Source: Eledone cirrhosa
Lineage: Eukaryota
Direction: 5' to 3'
Assembly: GCA_964016885.1 (NCBI GenBank)
Contig: OZ024742.1
Coordinates: 238,824,001 to 238,888,000, forward strand
Length of the DNA stretch: 64,000 nucleotides
The position numbers were made by a program, and so were the translations under genes. Below, in pieces: positions 51,027 through 63,001 of the stretch; position 1 is the stretch's first letter, and every line of letters starts with the position of its first letter. The notes below the pieces were generated by a model that saw only the letters and a program-made list of their open reading frames with translations, had not been told where the DNA came from and made no database searches.

Positions 51027-51540
51027 GACTAGCACGTCACACGGAGCTAAACCTTATTCTCAAGAGAGCTTTGACCTGGGCAAACATTCTTGGAACCATC
51101 TGGATTGTCCAGAATTGATGGAAAAAGACCTGACAGCCTTACTTTGTGCCCCTGGACGAGAGTTAGATGCCTTGTCTGGGACGTCACAGTTAGTGACTCT
51201 TGCTTTTTCCCACATCCTAGATGTTGCGGTTGGGGCAAGAGCCACAACTTCCACAGCCGAATGGAACAAAATCCTAAAATGTGATCTGTCAGCCAATCGA
51301 ACGCCTGTGGCGTTTGAGATGTTTGGGGGAGTCGGGCTACTGACTGCAACATTCCTATCTTCACTGGGGCTCGCCTAACTGAGGTAACTGGTGAAGCTCG
51401 TGAGCGCACTTGGTTGTTTCAGCGCATCAACCTCACCATCACCCGAGGTAATGTTGCGAGCATGCTGGCTTGCCTAAAAAATCATTAGCGAGGTTTCCCA
51501 GTGCTAATCTTTCCTTTTGTTTCCCCTTTTATTTTTTCTT
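51027..51540 (+). mobile_element. CRE-clade non-LTR element, REL endonuclease 3' fragment
   Basis: EPSGLSRIDGKRPDSLTLCPW..CLVWDVTV, PVAFEMFG and WLFQRINLTITRGNVASML. Confidence 0.85.
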
Positions 51541-51746
51541 ACTAAATTTTATTTTTAAAATAAACATCTATTTGAATCCATACCTATGCTAGCATGTAAA
51601 ATGGACATCAAACAAAAAGAATATATATACACCAAATATTTATTAAGGAAAAAAAAAAAATTTGTAGAAGGCGCCTCTATGGTAAGTCACCATCTGTTAT
51701 TTGTGTATGATCGATTGCATCTCTACTGTAAGTTTGCTTAATTAAT

Positions 51747-51929
51747 TGTTTCTACTTTTGGCACAAGGCCAGCAATTACCCAGTACATTACTGGTACTTT
51801 ATTTTATCGACCCCGTAAGGATGAAAGGCAAAGTTAACCTCGGCAGGATTTGAACTGAGATCGTAAAGGGACGTAACTATGCTGGAAAGCATGTCTGACC
51901 CTCTACCGATACTGCCAATTCACCGCCCT
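51747..51929 (-). mobile_element. tRNA-derived Nin/Deu-like SINE, full length, 14-bp TSD
   Basis: Reverse complement of the 30314/37088 family, with TSD TTTGCTTAATTAAT. Confidence 0.9.
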
Positions 51930-52139
51930 TTTGCTTAATTAATACTTCGGTTTTCTTATTCCACAAAGATAATTTCAAAACCTTAATTCGATGGATTTCC
52001 TGACAGCAAATCGGATATTCATTGAGGAAGACTTCATAGAATCTCACTCACTCGAGGATATTCCATTCTAATATATATTCAATATGCCTAAGTTTACAAA
52101 GGTTTACTGAATGCGCTGTTATGTTGCTTCCAAAGGAGT

Positions 52140-52955
52140 CATGTAGTACCACCGATCTAGGCTTTATTCATATACAAGTTCCATATTTCCATACTGTGCC
52201 ATCCTAGCTACCCAGTCTCATAGTGTGCCACCTTAGCTCTGCTGTGCCATACTGCGGCACCCTAGCTCAGAAGAACTGTATGTTTCCAATCTATCTCCCC
52301 ATTGCCATACTTCAACATCCTATTTCTATACTGTGTCACTCAAGCTTCCCAGTTCCATAGCGTGTAACCCTAGCTACGCTGTGCCATAGTGTGGCACCCT
52401 AACTTGAAATTGCCATATTTTCCCACAATATCTCCCCCAGTGCCATAATTCCACATCCTAGTTCCATATTGCCATACTGTGTCATTCAAACTCCCCAATT
52501 ACCTAGTGTGCCACCCTAGCTCCGCTGTGCCATACTGCGGCATCCTAACGTCAAATTGCCATATTTTCCACACTATCTCCCCATTGCCATAATGCGAAAA
52601 CCTAGCTCCTTATTGCCATACTGTGTCACTCAAACTCCCAATTACTTAGTGTGTCACCCTAGCGCCGCTGTGCCATAGTGCGGCACCCTAGCTCAGAAGT
52701 GCCGTATGTTACCATCTATCTCCCCATTGCCATACAGCGAAATCCTAGTTCCATATTTCCATACTGTGTCACTCAAACTTCCCAGTAGCATAGTGTGCCA
52801 CCCTAGATCCGAAGTGCCATATTTTGCCAGTCTATCTCCTCATTGCAATAGGGGGTCAGCCTAGCTCCATATTTCCATACTGTTTCACTGAAGCTCCGCA
52901 GTTCCATAGTGCGCCATCCTAGCTCTGCAAAATCACAGTGCGCCACCCTAGCCTC
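52140..52955. repeat. Minisatellite with a ~142-bp higher-order unit built of ~28-bp subunits
   Basis: CCATACTGTG.CA.CCTAGCT recurs, and TATCTCCCC..TGCCATA recurs about every 140 bp. Confidence 0.9.
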
Positions 52956-54500
52956 AGAAAACCACCAGAACATATTGTCTACGAAAGGAAAGGCTAATAC
53001 AAGCACACACACACAGTACTACCAGACATACTAATAATAGAAGATCACCACCAAATAAATCACGTTGTAGAAAGTATATCTGGTACAATCCTATTTTTAA
53101 TGCCTCGATTAGTACAAAACTATCTCTTTCATTCTTTAAGTTAATCAACAAACATTTCCCTAGTTCCCATAAATACAGCAAAATTCTGAACTCTAAAACT
53201 ATTAGACTATCATACTCCACGGCACCAAACCTTGAAGCATACATAAAAAAAACTTAACTTAAGGCAATTAAACAACTCTACAAAACAAAACATTTTAGTA
53301 ACAGATGGGCAGAACGTAATATCTGCCTCCCAACCACTAAATGGGAGACGGATATTACACAACCCACCTGTACCGCTATCACAACCTATCCATGGTGTAC
53401 CCTCTACCCACAACAAAGAATGTAACTGCCATCTACCTGAAAGATGTCCATTGAAGAATGAATGCCTAAAGTCCAACATTGTTTACCAATGCACGGTTGA
53501 ATCAACGACCAGAAATGGTATTATATCGGATCTACCACCACATCGTTTAAATCTCGCTGGTATCGTCATCGATTCTCAATCAAACATCCTAATCACCGTT
53601 TTGTGACCACGCTCGCCAACAAGACCTGGCAACTCCGTGAACACAACCAACAGTTCACCTTAAAATGGGATATACTTTCCAGCGCAAGTGCATATCGGAG
53701 TGGATTGAAGTACTGCAGGTTATGTAACCTTGAGCTCTTTTACATATTAAAATCCAAAAACAAACTACTTAACGATAGAATTGAACGATCATTATACTGC
53801 AACCACAAACTAAAAGCTAAATTCTCTCACTATAAAATAACTTAACATTCGAACCCGTAACTATAACACCGCTTTCTAGCTAACAACCTTCTCTTCCCCC
53901 CACACTACAAGACAATACACTGCTTATTACTATACATGGTAACTCAGTACAATTCCTAGATTACTACTACAAACCCAAAGTTCACTCACCACACAAACTT
54001 TGTCTGTCCCCTCTCTACCTATCTCTCTCTACATCCATTACACTCTATCTCTCTCGCCTTTGGCCTACCTCCCTCTCAACATCTATGAACCTGCCCTCTG
54101 GAGCAATAAATAATTCCGACCTTAACTATCAACGCATCTCTCCAAAAGTAACCAGTATAATAAAACCCCTACCATAACATTTTGATTAAGATATCTGCAA
54201 GCCACTCTCTCCTACTTCTCCAACCCCTGCACATCTTTCTTTCTCTCTCCCTCTTCCCTACTTTTCTCTCTTCCTTTTCTACTCTATCTTCCCCAACAAC
54301 CCCACTTAAGGGTTTTTACATTGTACATTTTACCATTCTGCTCTGAGGAAACAGTGGTCACAGCATTGGATATTTGAGTTCTGCAAGTACTTGTGAATTT
54401 GCACGTAGCATAACTAGGCTGCAGTACCACCGTGGAAACACTTGTAAGCACACGGAATAAATTACCTTTTTATGATGTCTACCTGTTATTATTCATTCTT
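52956..54500 (+). mobile_element. 5'-truncated Penelope-like element (linker, GIY-YIG, 3' UTR/pLTR)
   Basis: IWYNPIF, KHFPSSHKYSKI, CNCHLPERCPLKNECLKSNIVY, YIGSTTTSFKSRW and CRLCNLE. Confidence 0.88.
54339..54450 (+). ncRNA. Type-I hammerhead fold with an ~85-nt stem II domain
   Basis: TGCT CTGAGGA a ACAGTGGT ... ACCACCGT g GAA ACActTGT A AGCA. Confidence 0.7.
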
Positions 54501-54611
54501 TATATATATATATATATATTCATATATATATATATATATATTCATATATATATATATATATATATATTCATATATATATATTCATATACATATATATACA
54601 TATATATATAC

Positions 54612-54661
<50 letters not shown>

Positions 54662-54847
54662 AGTTAATATGCCCAAGGGTACTAAGTACCCCTAGAAATA
54701 TATAGGTTGTCTATGATTTAAGGTTGTTCTATGGTATTAATTTGACATACCAGAACTATAAATTAAGATAAGCAGAACAAGGAAAATTCAACCAATTTTT
54801 TAAAATAAATTAAAAAATATAATTTAAATATTTACCTATTCTTTTGG

Positions 54848-54926
54848 CCCTTACCGATCGGTTTCGCTTTGTAAAACACCAGAAATCCAATGGATTTCTA
54901 ATGGAAAATCAAAGTTCATCAGAGAA
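54848..54926 (-). ncRNA. Type-I hammerhead in a solo island between (TA)n blocks
   Basis: TTCT CTGATGA a CTTTG..CATTAGAAATCC att GGATTTCTGGTG..CAAAG c GAA ACCGATCGGT A AGGG. Confidence 0.82.
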
Positions 54927-55211
54927 GCATTTTCCCTTCCTAGGGCTAAAGACCCAGGAACGATAAAATATATTGTTATCCGCCAGCAAGCACGGATCTA
55001 AAAGGTCGAAAAATATATATATATAATATAAAACAAAAAATCAGTGATGCATCTGAACTCAATTTATTGTGTTATATATATATATATATATATGTAGAGA
55101 TAGAGAGAGAGAGAGACGTAGATAGATAGTCACATATAGATAGAGAGAATAGACACGTAGATAGATAGAGAGATAGACACGTAGAGAGATAGAGAGACGT
55201 AGATAGATAGA

Positions 55212-55672
55212 TTTCTTTATTAGCCACAAGGGCGCAACAAGAAAAGGGGACAATACCGAGACACGCCGGGGATTTTACATACAGTCGTGTAAAAAAATAT
55301 AAAAACAAACAATTACAACAATCGAAATCCCCAATAGGGGGGAGGCGTCACAAATGGGTTGTTTAATACCCCGTCGATAGAACAACCCTCAACTTCAGGA
55401 GCGTGTCGTGCAAGTGCTCCTTTCTTCCTTTTGCTCTCTTCTTCAACCTACAGGCTTATAAACAGGGAAGGCCCAATCACTCGGGCCATTTTCGCTTCAT
55501 TCACCCACCTTTCAGTAAATTTACTGGGGTGCAATGCCTCTCTCTCCACCCTGATTCTCCTTCTAAAGTGGTACCTAAAGACGGGAATCAATTGTTGTCC
55601 GGAGAGAAAGGCATCTGTCCTCAGTCCTCTCAATCTCGTCCACCATATAACCTCTTTCACCATAGCCACCGT
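55212..55672 (-). mobile_element. Tx1/L1-like LINE 3' fragment (copy A)
   Basis: MVKEVIWWTRLRG...ERWVNEAKMA. It ends AATAAAGAA into (TCTA)n. Confidence 0.75.
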
Positions 55673-55730
55673 ACATATAGAATATAGATAGAGACGTAGA
55701 TAGATAGAGAGTCACATATAGATAGATATA

Positions 55731-56580
55731 TTTCTTTATTTACCATAAAGGCATAAAAAGAAGGGACAAATACAAAGGGGGGAGTTTACATAAAATCGAG
55801 TAAAAAGGGTATAAAATGAAAATAATCGAAAACAACCTCAAAAGGGAGGGGACGTGATGGGGGTTGCACACACCCCCGAAAAAGTGTGCAATCCTTTGCC
55901 CGGGGAGCACATGGAGAAGGTGCTCCCCTCTCCTTCACTTCTTTACCTACAGGATGGTATACAGAGAAGGCCCATTTACACGAGCCATTCTCGCCACTAT
56001 CACCCACCTTTCATAAAACTGCCTGTGGCCAAGCACCTCTCTCTCCATTCTTATCCTTCTTCCGAAGTGATATCGGAAGAAGTAGACCAGACTATGGCCA
56101 GAGAGGAAGTTGCCTGACCTCAGACCTTTCAATCGTGTTCACCAAACAACCTCTTTCAACATGGCTATTACGCACAGAAAAACCGCCTTTGCTTCCTTTG
56201 TGAAGAGGGGAGGCGGCTTGATTGTCATCACGGACTCGGCGGTCAATCGAATCGGCGCCACCCGCGACAGCAGTCGTTCGGCATAGCCCCACAGATCAGC
56301 CTCGCCCGGACATTGCACTAATGCGTGAGCAACGGTTTCTTCGTGACGCACGCATCTAGGGCAAATCTTTTTCGAGGGATCCCTGCCCGGGCGCCCGTGT
56401 CTGTAGAGCCTCTCTCGAACGGGTAGAGCCCCCCGGTAGCACTGCCAGGCTAGTGACTTCTGGAAGTTGTCCATTGGTCCCGGGCCGGAAGTCCTACCGA
56501 ACAGGCTGGCCAGTTCGTCCTCTTCCATGTCCAGCGACTCTCCAAGGGTGTCATCGACCCTGCTAGCCACCAGCCCAGTC
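55731..56580 (-). mobile_element. Tx1/L1-like LINE 3' fragment (copy B) with CCHC knuckle
   Basis: LAWQCYRGALPVRERL and CPRCVRHEETVAHALVQC. It ends AATAAAGAA into (TATC)n. Confidence 0.85.
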
Positions 56581-56588
56581 ACATATAC

Positions 56589-56669
<81 letters not shown>

Positions 56670-56795
56670 GAGAGAGACGTAGATAAATACATATATAGGT
56701 AGCTAGAGAGACTGGCATATAAATATGTAGATAGACAGACAGATAGATGATAGAAGGGAAGAAAAAGAAATACATAGATAGATAGAAATAGAGAG

Positions 56796-56857
<62 letters not shown>

Positions 56858-57004
56858 GTATGTATGGGTGTATATATGTATGTGTGTATGTATATATGTG
56901 TGTGTGTATGTATGTATGTGTGTATGTATGTATGTGTGTATGTATGTGTGTGTGTGTCTACGTATGTATGTGTGTATATGTGTGTATGTATGTATGTATG
57001 TATG
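56581..57004. repeat. Compound (GATA)n/(GA)n/(CA)n/(TATG)n microsatellite
   Basis: Direct inspection. Confidence 0.95.
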
Positions 57005-57608
57005 TCAGGTCATCACTTGGTGCTACTGGTAACATGTATCCCAGTACAACCTGTCTCATGGTCGGGTCGTTGGCGACTAAACTGGCAACCCCACCAAGGT
57101 TTCTTGCTGAGGAGGGTGACTTTGGACACCCTGCAGGACTAAAAACAAAACCTGTCAAAGGGCAAAGGAGCTCTTAAGAGTCAATGGCCATCCAAAATCA
57201 CTGGGAGAGATGACCACTTAGCCTTTGTCAAGGCAGAATTCTAGAAGGAAAACTCTGATATAACACCTGCAACCCTGATGGTATCCAATGATGTTGACTT
57301 GTTCTTCTTTTTGGTAAATATCATCTTGGTTAAGAGAGTGGGACTGGCTTTGTGCAGTGCCTTTGCTCACTATAAAAGCTTCACGGCACAGGCATTGCTT
57401 TATATCTGGAGATCTCTCTGCACTTGCCGTCACATGGTACCATGGGCCCAGCACTGTGTCAATAATTGTCACAAGTGTAGTATTTGTACCAGAGTTTTCA
57501 AGTCGCTGGCTGGACTAAAAATTCACACTCGTTCAGCGCATCGGTAGGGGTTCTCCTACAGGGATATAAAGTAGTGGCCGTACTCGAAAACGAGTTGGCA
57601 GCCACCAT
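57005..57608 (+). mobile_element. Longest copy of the non-autonomous RTE-derived element, with (ATGT)n tail
   Basis: It has 200 bp of extra 5' sequence and an RTE 5'-UTR-like TCTAG..GAAGGAAAACTCTGA. The 3' end encodes CSICTRVFKSLAGLKIHTRSAH. Confidence 0.8.
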
Positions 57609-57629
57609 GTATGTATGTATGTATGTATG

Positions 57630-58150
57630 TTTTCTCTTTCTCTTAATTTCGAGTATATTTTTTTTGACCGGCCACCTTCCTGGTGGCAAGGTTGTAAAAG
57701 AAAAGAAATTGTCATCCCTTGAATCGCAAGAATGTTTTGCATATTTTGAAGGTGCCAGCTATCGCAGCTATTTGTAGACTATGAATTAGGGAGCTGCGCT
57801 TTTTGTCCGCAAATCCAAGTTCGGTCATACTTTGGTCCAAGCGGGTTGGTATATAACCCGTAGCACCAATAATGATGGGTATGAAGCTAAAGGTGTATCT
57901 TGGATACTGGATTTGTAAGCTCCTCATCAATGGTCCGTAGATGTCCTCCTTCTCCTGTATTTTTCTGACAACGTTTACATCAAGTGGGCAGCTGATCTCC
58001 ACAACAGAACACGTTTTCAATGTGTGGTCCCAAACTACAATATCAGGCCGGTTGTGCTTTAATTTGGTGGCAGTTTTTATTTTCAGGTTCCACCAGTATT
58101 CCTTAGTGCCATCTGTCTCAATATATTCTTCCTCGTTTGTTGTTAATTTT
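57630..58150 (-). mobile_element. R4/Dong-like REL-endonuclease element, 3' fragment (A)
   Basis: KHNRPDIVVWD, VVEISCPLD, EKEDIY and PIIIGATG. Both sides are flanked by (CATA)n. Confidence 0.85.
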
Positions 58151-58232
58151 GTTATGTATGTATGTATGTATGTATGTATGTATGTATGTATGTATGTATG
58201 TATGTATGTATGTATGTATGTATGTATGTATG

Positions 58233-58625
58233 TTCTTCTGGTTTTATAATTTCACAAAGTTTTACCAATAGAGAGAGAGTCGTTTTCTAACATAGACACA
58301 AGACTCTCTCATTGGAATTTACACAACATCAACTAGGTAGATATGTATGTATGCATGCATGTGTAGATATGGATGTTATTGTATGTGTGAATGTGTATGT
58401 TTTGAGTTGTATGTGTGCATGTGTATATGTGTATATGCAGTTATTAGATGCAACATTTTTGGAATGTTTTATATATTTTTACTGTTCCATTAATGGATTG
58501 TACTTGTAGTTTCCTAACTAGTTGTATTCTTTCTGTTCCTGTGAAGCCTAGCTTCTCAAGATTTGTATTGAGGCAGTTACTAACATATTCCAGTGCCCCA
58601 ATAATCACAGGCATAAATCTGAAGG
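58233..58625 (-). mobile_element. R4/Dong-like element, 3' fragment (B)
   Basis: The minus frame FRFMPVIIGALEYVSNCLNTNLEKLGF...LQVQSINGTVKIYKTF is homologous to copy A. It is flanked by (CATA)n. Confidence 0.75.
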
Positions 58626-58736
58626 TGTATGTATGTATGTATGTATGTATGTATGTATGTATGTATGTATGTATGTATGTATGTATGTATAAAACACAAT
58701 AAATTGAGTTTATATATATATATATATATATATATT

Positions 58737-58990
58737 GCGCATGTGGTTAAGGCATTGGGCTTGCAATCGAAAGGTTGTGAGTTCAATTTTCGGACCGGGT
58801 GATGTGTTGTTTCCTTGAGCAAGACACTTTATTTCACGTTGCTCCAGGTTACTCAGCTGTAGAAATGAGTACCGGCCTGCCCGCCCAGCCAGTGGGATGG
58901 CGTTATCTTATGGCTAAAACAGTACGACGTGCTGTGATCAGCGGCGCCGATTGGCGCCCGACAGACTGGTCGGTCAAGGTGGTCAAGGTG
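58737..58990 (+). mobile_element. tRNA-derived CORE-type SINE with an alternative 3' tail
   Basis: Head and core match 35139-35280, but the sequence diverges after GAAATGAG. Confidence 0.8.
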
Positions 58991-59374
58991 ATATATATTG
59001 CAATATATATAGTTAGGAAAAACATGCAAGGCGTGTTAGAAAAATATTATTTAATTATACCTTTTTACATATGCTTCCTTATGTTTTGTTAGAAGTTTTG
59101 TTAGAAAATATTGATATTTCTAATAATTTCCGCACTACAATGGATGTTTAAACCTCAACAATTCATAAGAAAATTTGTAATTCCTAGATATTCTGATAGT
59201 GGTGATGGTAAGAAGGAGTTGGGTATACAACAATCTCTGGTTGCACATATATGGTACCTGCTATTGGCTTAGAAGTGATCATTGTAGACTAAATGGGATG
59301 GAATGTATTCAAGCCAGGGCGGATGACATGTAATAAATCTATTTAGTGTAAGTTGTATCCACATGGCGGCGATG

Positions 59375-62040
59375 TATTTGTTTTGCAAGTTTTTTTTTTA
59401 AAATATGAAATCGTGTGTTGAAACATATATTGTTATATTTGGGGAGGTTCATATTCTAACATTGCCAGAAAAATATAGTAAAACACATTCACTGTTTGGT
59501 TTGGTTTTCGCTTCAGTATATCTTTAGATTTCTATAAATAATTTAGCTGGCAATCAATGTTTATCGTTAAAAATATAAATATAAATATAAACATAGTTTC
59601 TTAGATTTCATTCGTCACACATATCTGTGACATCATCAGGGATTATTATGTTTCCATGTTGCTTCCCGTTGTGTTCCTATAATATTTTCTTATTTTATTT
59701 AATTTAATTGATTAATTAATTAATTAATTGTTGTCTCTGTTTGCGCATGCGTTTATGTGCGTGTATTCTGTTTGGTGTGTGCTCGTGTGTTCGTGTCTGA
59801 GTCTGCGTATGTTTATGTATTTATATTCTACCTTTGGTCACTAGTGTGTGTTTAGGTGTGAGTATTGTTATGGAATATGTGTATATCTATATTCTATCTT
59901 AGGTCACTATTGTGTGTTTGTGTATTGTTGTTGTTATTCCATTTATGTTTCCTGTTCAGCCTAGGTTTTCTTAATTCTATTTCTGTAGCTTCCCTAATTT
60001 GTGTAATTGTGGAGTCATTCCTATGTTTAGATATTATTTTAATTTCTATGTTGTCTATATTACCATCATGTCTTATTCTGGCTTGCTCATATAGTACTGA
60101 ATTGTTTTGTTTTGTTTTTTCCTTTTAGTTCACTCCAGTGTTCATCTATCCTCTCTCCTATGCTACGGGCTGTCTCTCTTATGTATGTCATTGTTATGTT
60201 TCTGCAGGCACCCTCTATGCATCTTAGGCTATAGACTACATTTCTAGTTTTACAATTTATTTGTGGACTTATTCTACATATCATTAATTTTTTATTTGTA
60301 CTGTGGGTTTTCTTAAAGGGATAAGTTTTACTAATCAGGGATTTGATGGTAGTTCCTGGCCTTTATACCACATTAACATTGAAATAAATCTTTCTTAAGG
60401 CTTTTCTAAATGGGTTAGCTAGTTCACTTCCAGGGGTTGCATCCACGAACATGACACTCTGGTATGTCTGGTTGTCGTACCATGAGTTGACTTTCCCTAT
60501 ATTTTGCCTAGTCCTATCTATGCTATTCCATGATTTTCTCCTGTAGAGCGGACAAATCCCTTCCATGTCTATCTCTATGAGGGTCTTATATTTCACCGTG
60601 GCCCCTTTGTACACCCTGATTCTGTCTCTTTGGCTGTATCCAGAGAACTGCATGTGATTGATGAAGTGTTGTACGTGTCTTTCTAGTTCAGTTGGATCGC
60701 ACACGCGGGACACATTTTTCATTACTCTTACCAAGTCTGCGATGAGAATATTAAACTTAGCACTATTGGATATGGCTGAGTTTTGTGTATAACGTATTTG
60801 GAGGACATGGGTTTAGCATAATGTGAGTGGAGGATTTGTGCTTTCTCGTTTATAGTGTGTAACCAGAGTTCTGTGTCTAATACTGGTCGTCTATTGTTAG
60901 GGTGTTTTGAAGGGGAGTCGATAGTTATTGTGATGCTCTGGTGTTAGCTATTTGCTGGATGCTCTCCATGGTTTTAGCTTCTAATTCGGGTTCATAGGTA
61001 CTCTCTATTGTGGGGACGTTTTTATTACTATATTAATGTTGTCTACATAACGAGAGTACATGATAAGTGCTATGGAGTTCTATACTAGGCGTTCTTTGAG
61101 TCTCCTTTCCCACCATACTATAAATAGATTGGCAGCTATGCTGACGCTGATGGCCGCTCCTTCGTCTTGAGTGTAAATTTGAACACGTGGCCCTTTAGAG
61201 TAGTTTTAGTACTAGCCTCTTCCACATGCGCGATCATCTTTCTCACCTGATCATCGTTCTCGGGTGTCCGTATGGTTCTGGTCCATCCGTTCCATCTTCC
61301 TATGGGAGTCTTTTTTGCTATCAAAGTTCTGGTAGGGGGTCTACCTCTTATTGGTCTACTGGGACAGAGACTGTTAGGGTCATGATTGTCTAGATATTCT
61401 CTCTCACATGTAAGTCTAAGTAGGAGGCCCAATTCATCCGTGTCAATGTCACAGAACTCTACCTCACTCTCACTGATTATCTCTACGCATTTTCCCACAG
61501 CAAAATCAACGTCAATGGATGGGTACAGAGACACTACATTCATGCTGACTATTCTGTTTGTCAGATCTTCAGTGTGGTTACAATCGTTGATTTTGCTGCA
61601 GACTTTCTCTGTACTATCACACACATCCCGGGACATCTCAATTATGGTGTGCACAATTATAGAGAAGAAGTTGGAGATCCTGTAGTTGCTGGCTATATTG
61701 TCTCTGCAGTCTTGTTGGTGGTCCTGTTATTGGGTCAATAGCTGCTTTATGGTCTTTGCAGAGTCCATAGAGGGGTGGTATGTCATTGTTAGAGGCCAGG
61801 AAGTTATTGGCTGTCCGTCTATTTGGTTTTAGGATGTTAGTCCACATCATTATGTGAGTATTGAAGATCCTTTCTCTTTCCTCATGTGCCTGTAGTGTTG
61901 TTTCACTCGTGTTAATGAGATGAGGTTGCATAGGCTTGATGTAATTCGGCATGTTGTCTATTGACATTGCATCTCTAGCTGCTATTATTATGTTAACTTC
62001 ATCTTTAGTTAAGTCAGGGTTCTTCATGGCAAATGCAAGG
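59375..62040 (-). mobile_element. Decayed Penelope-like element of a different subgroup
   Basis: IPPLYGLCKDHK, VVSLYPSI, SRYVDNI, HYAKPMSS and GIY-YIG CKTRNVVY..C..YIRETARSIGERIDEH. A degenerate hammerhead lies at ~59600-59645 (CTGATGA tGTCACA..TGTGAC GAA). Confidence 0.88.
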
Positions 62041-62715
62041 GCCTTATTGAGGAGGACAGGTGAAATTGATGAGTGGTTGTCATCAATATCGAACTGTATA
62101 CATTTAGACGCTTTTTATCCACTATTTCATTAAACCACTCATTTGAATTCCCCCAAAGTTTTATTGATAACCTATTTTTTATTTGACTTAATACTCTATC
62201 ATATATTTTTTTACTTGTACAATCTATATCTGATTTAGAAGGACATATGAGACTGATAATGGGGTTAGATTCAAAGTTATTTCTATGGTCTTTAAATTCT
62301 GTTTGATTAGCTTGATCTAATTTCTTTACTATTTTACGACCTTCGTTGTTGGTGAATTTTTTTAGTTATTTAGTTATTTTGTATTTCTTCTGTAGTTCCT
62401 AAAGTATAAATTTATTATAGATGTTAGTGTCCATGGAATATATATTACCAGTTTTATTATTCATGGTGTTTGGAGATTTTTTTGGAATTTGCTACAGTCT
62501 TGGAGATTTGATATTACTAACTAAATTCAACAAATCCGTTACAAACGCTTCAAGGTGTGGGTGGTAGGGCAGAATTTTATAGATTTAAATCCAAAATTAT
62601 TTTTCTTTGAATCGACGAATAAATTCATTGGTTTTATGATCATGTTCTTGTACGAGCAAATTGAATATTTTTTAGAGAGATGCATCTGTATTGTTTTTCC
62701 ATAGTGTATTATATC

Positions 62716-62955
62716 TAAAAGTCTAAAGTCTGTCTTAAGCCAGAAGGCTCATTTGGCCGGTGCTTATCCCGGTTTCATGGCGTGAAGCGACTGAGAGTAC
62801 AAGACTCCCCCCTGGACAGGACGCCAGTCCATCGCAGGGTTAAACCTCCAGCTATTGCTGGTACTCATTTTCAGTTGAGTATACTGGAGCAACGTGAAAT
62901 GAAGTGTTTTGCTGAAGAACACAACACGCAACCCAGGAATCGAGCCCACGACATT
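62716..62955 (-). mobile_element. tRNA-derived SINE (CORE-like plus CCTGCGATGGACTGGC domain), 5'-truncated
   Basis: B box GGCTCGATTCC, a CORE-like segment and an (AGACTTT)n tail. Confidence 0.8.
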
Positions 62956-62956
62956 A

Positions 62957-63001
<45 letters not shown>

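Noticed and set aside
52140-52955. CRISPR-like periodicity
   Set aside because: There are no unique spacers and no cas genes, and the context is eukaryotic.
57005-57110. HDV-like ribozyme at an RTE-type 5' end
   Set aside because: P2/P3-like pairings and a CTAA joiner are visible, but I could not find a P1 helix, so it is not called.
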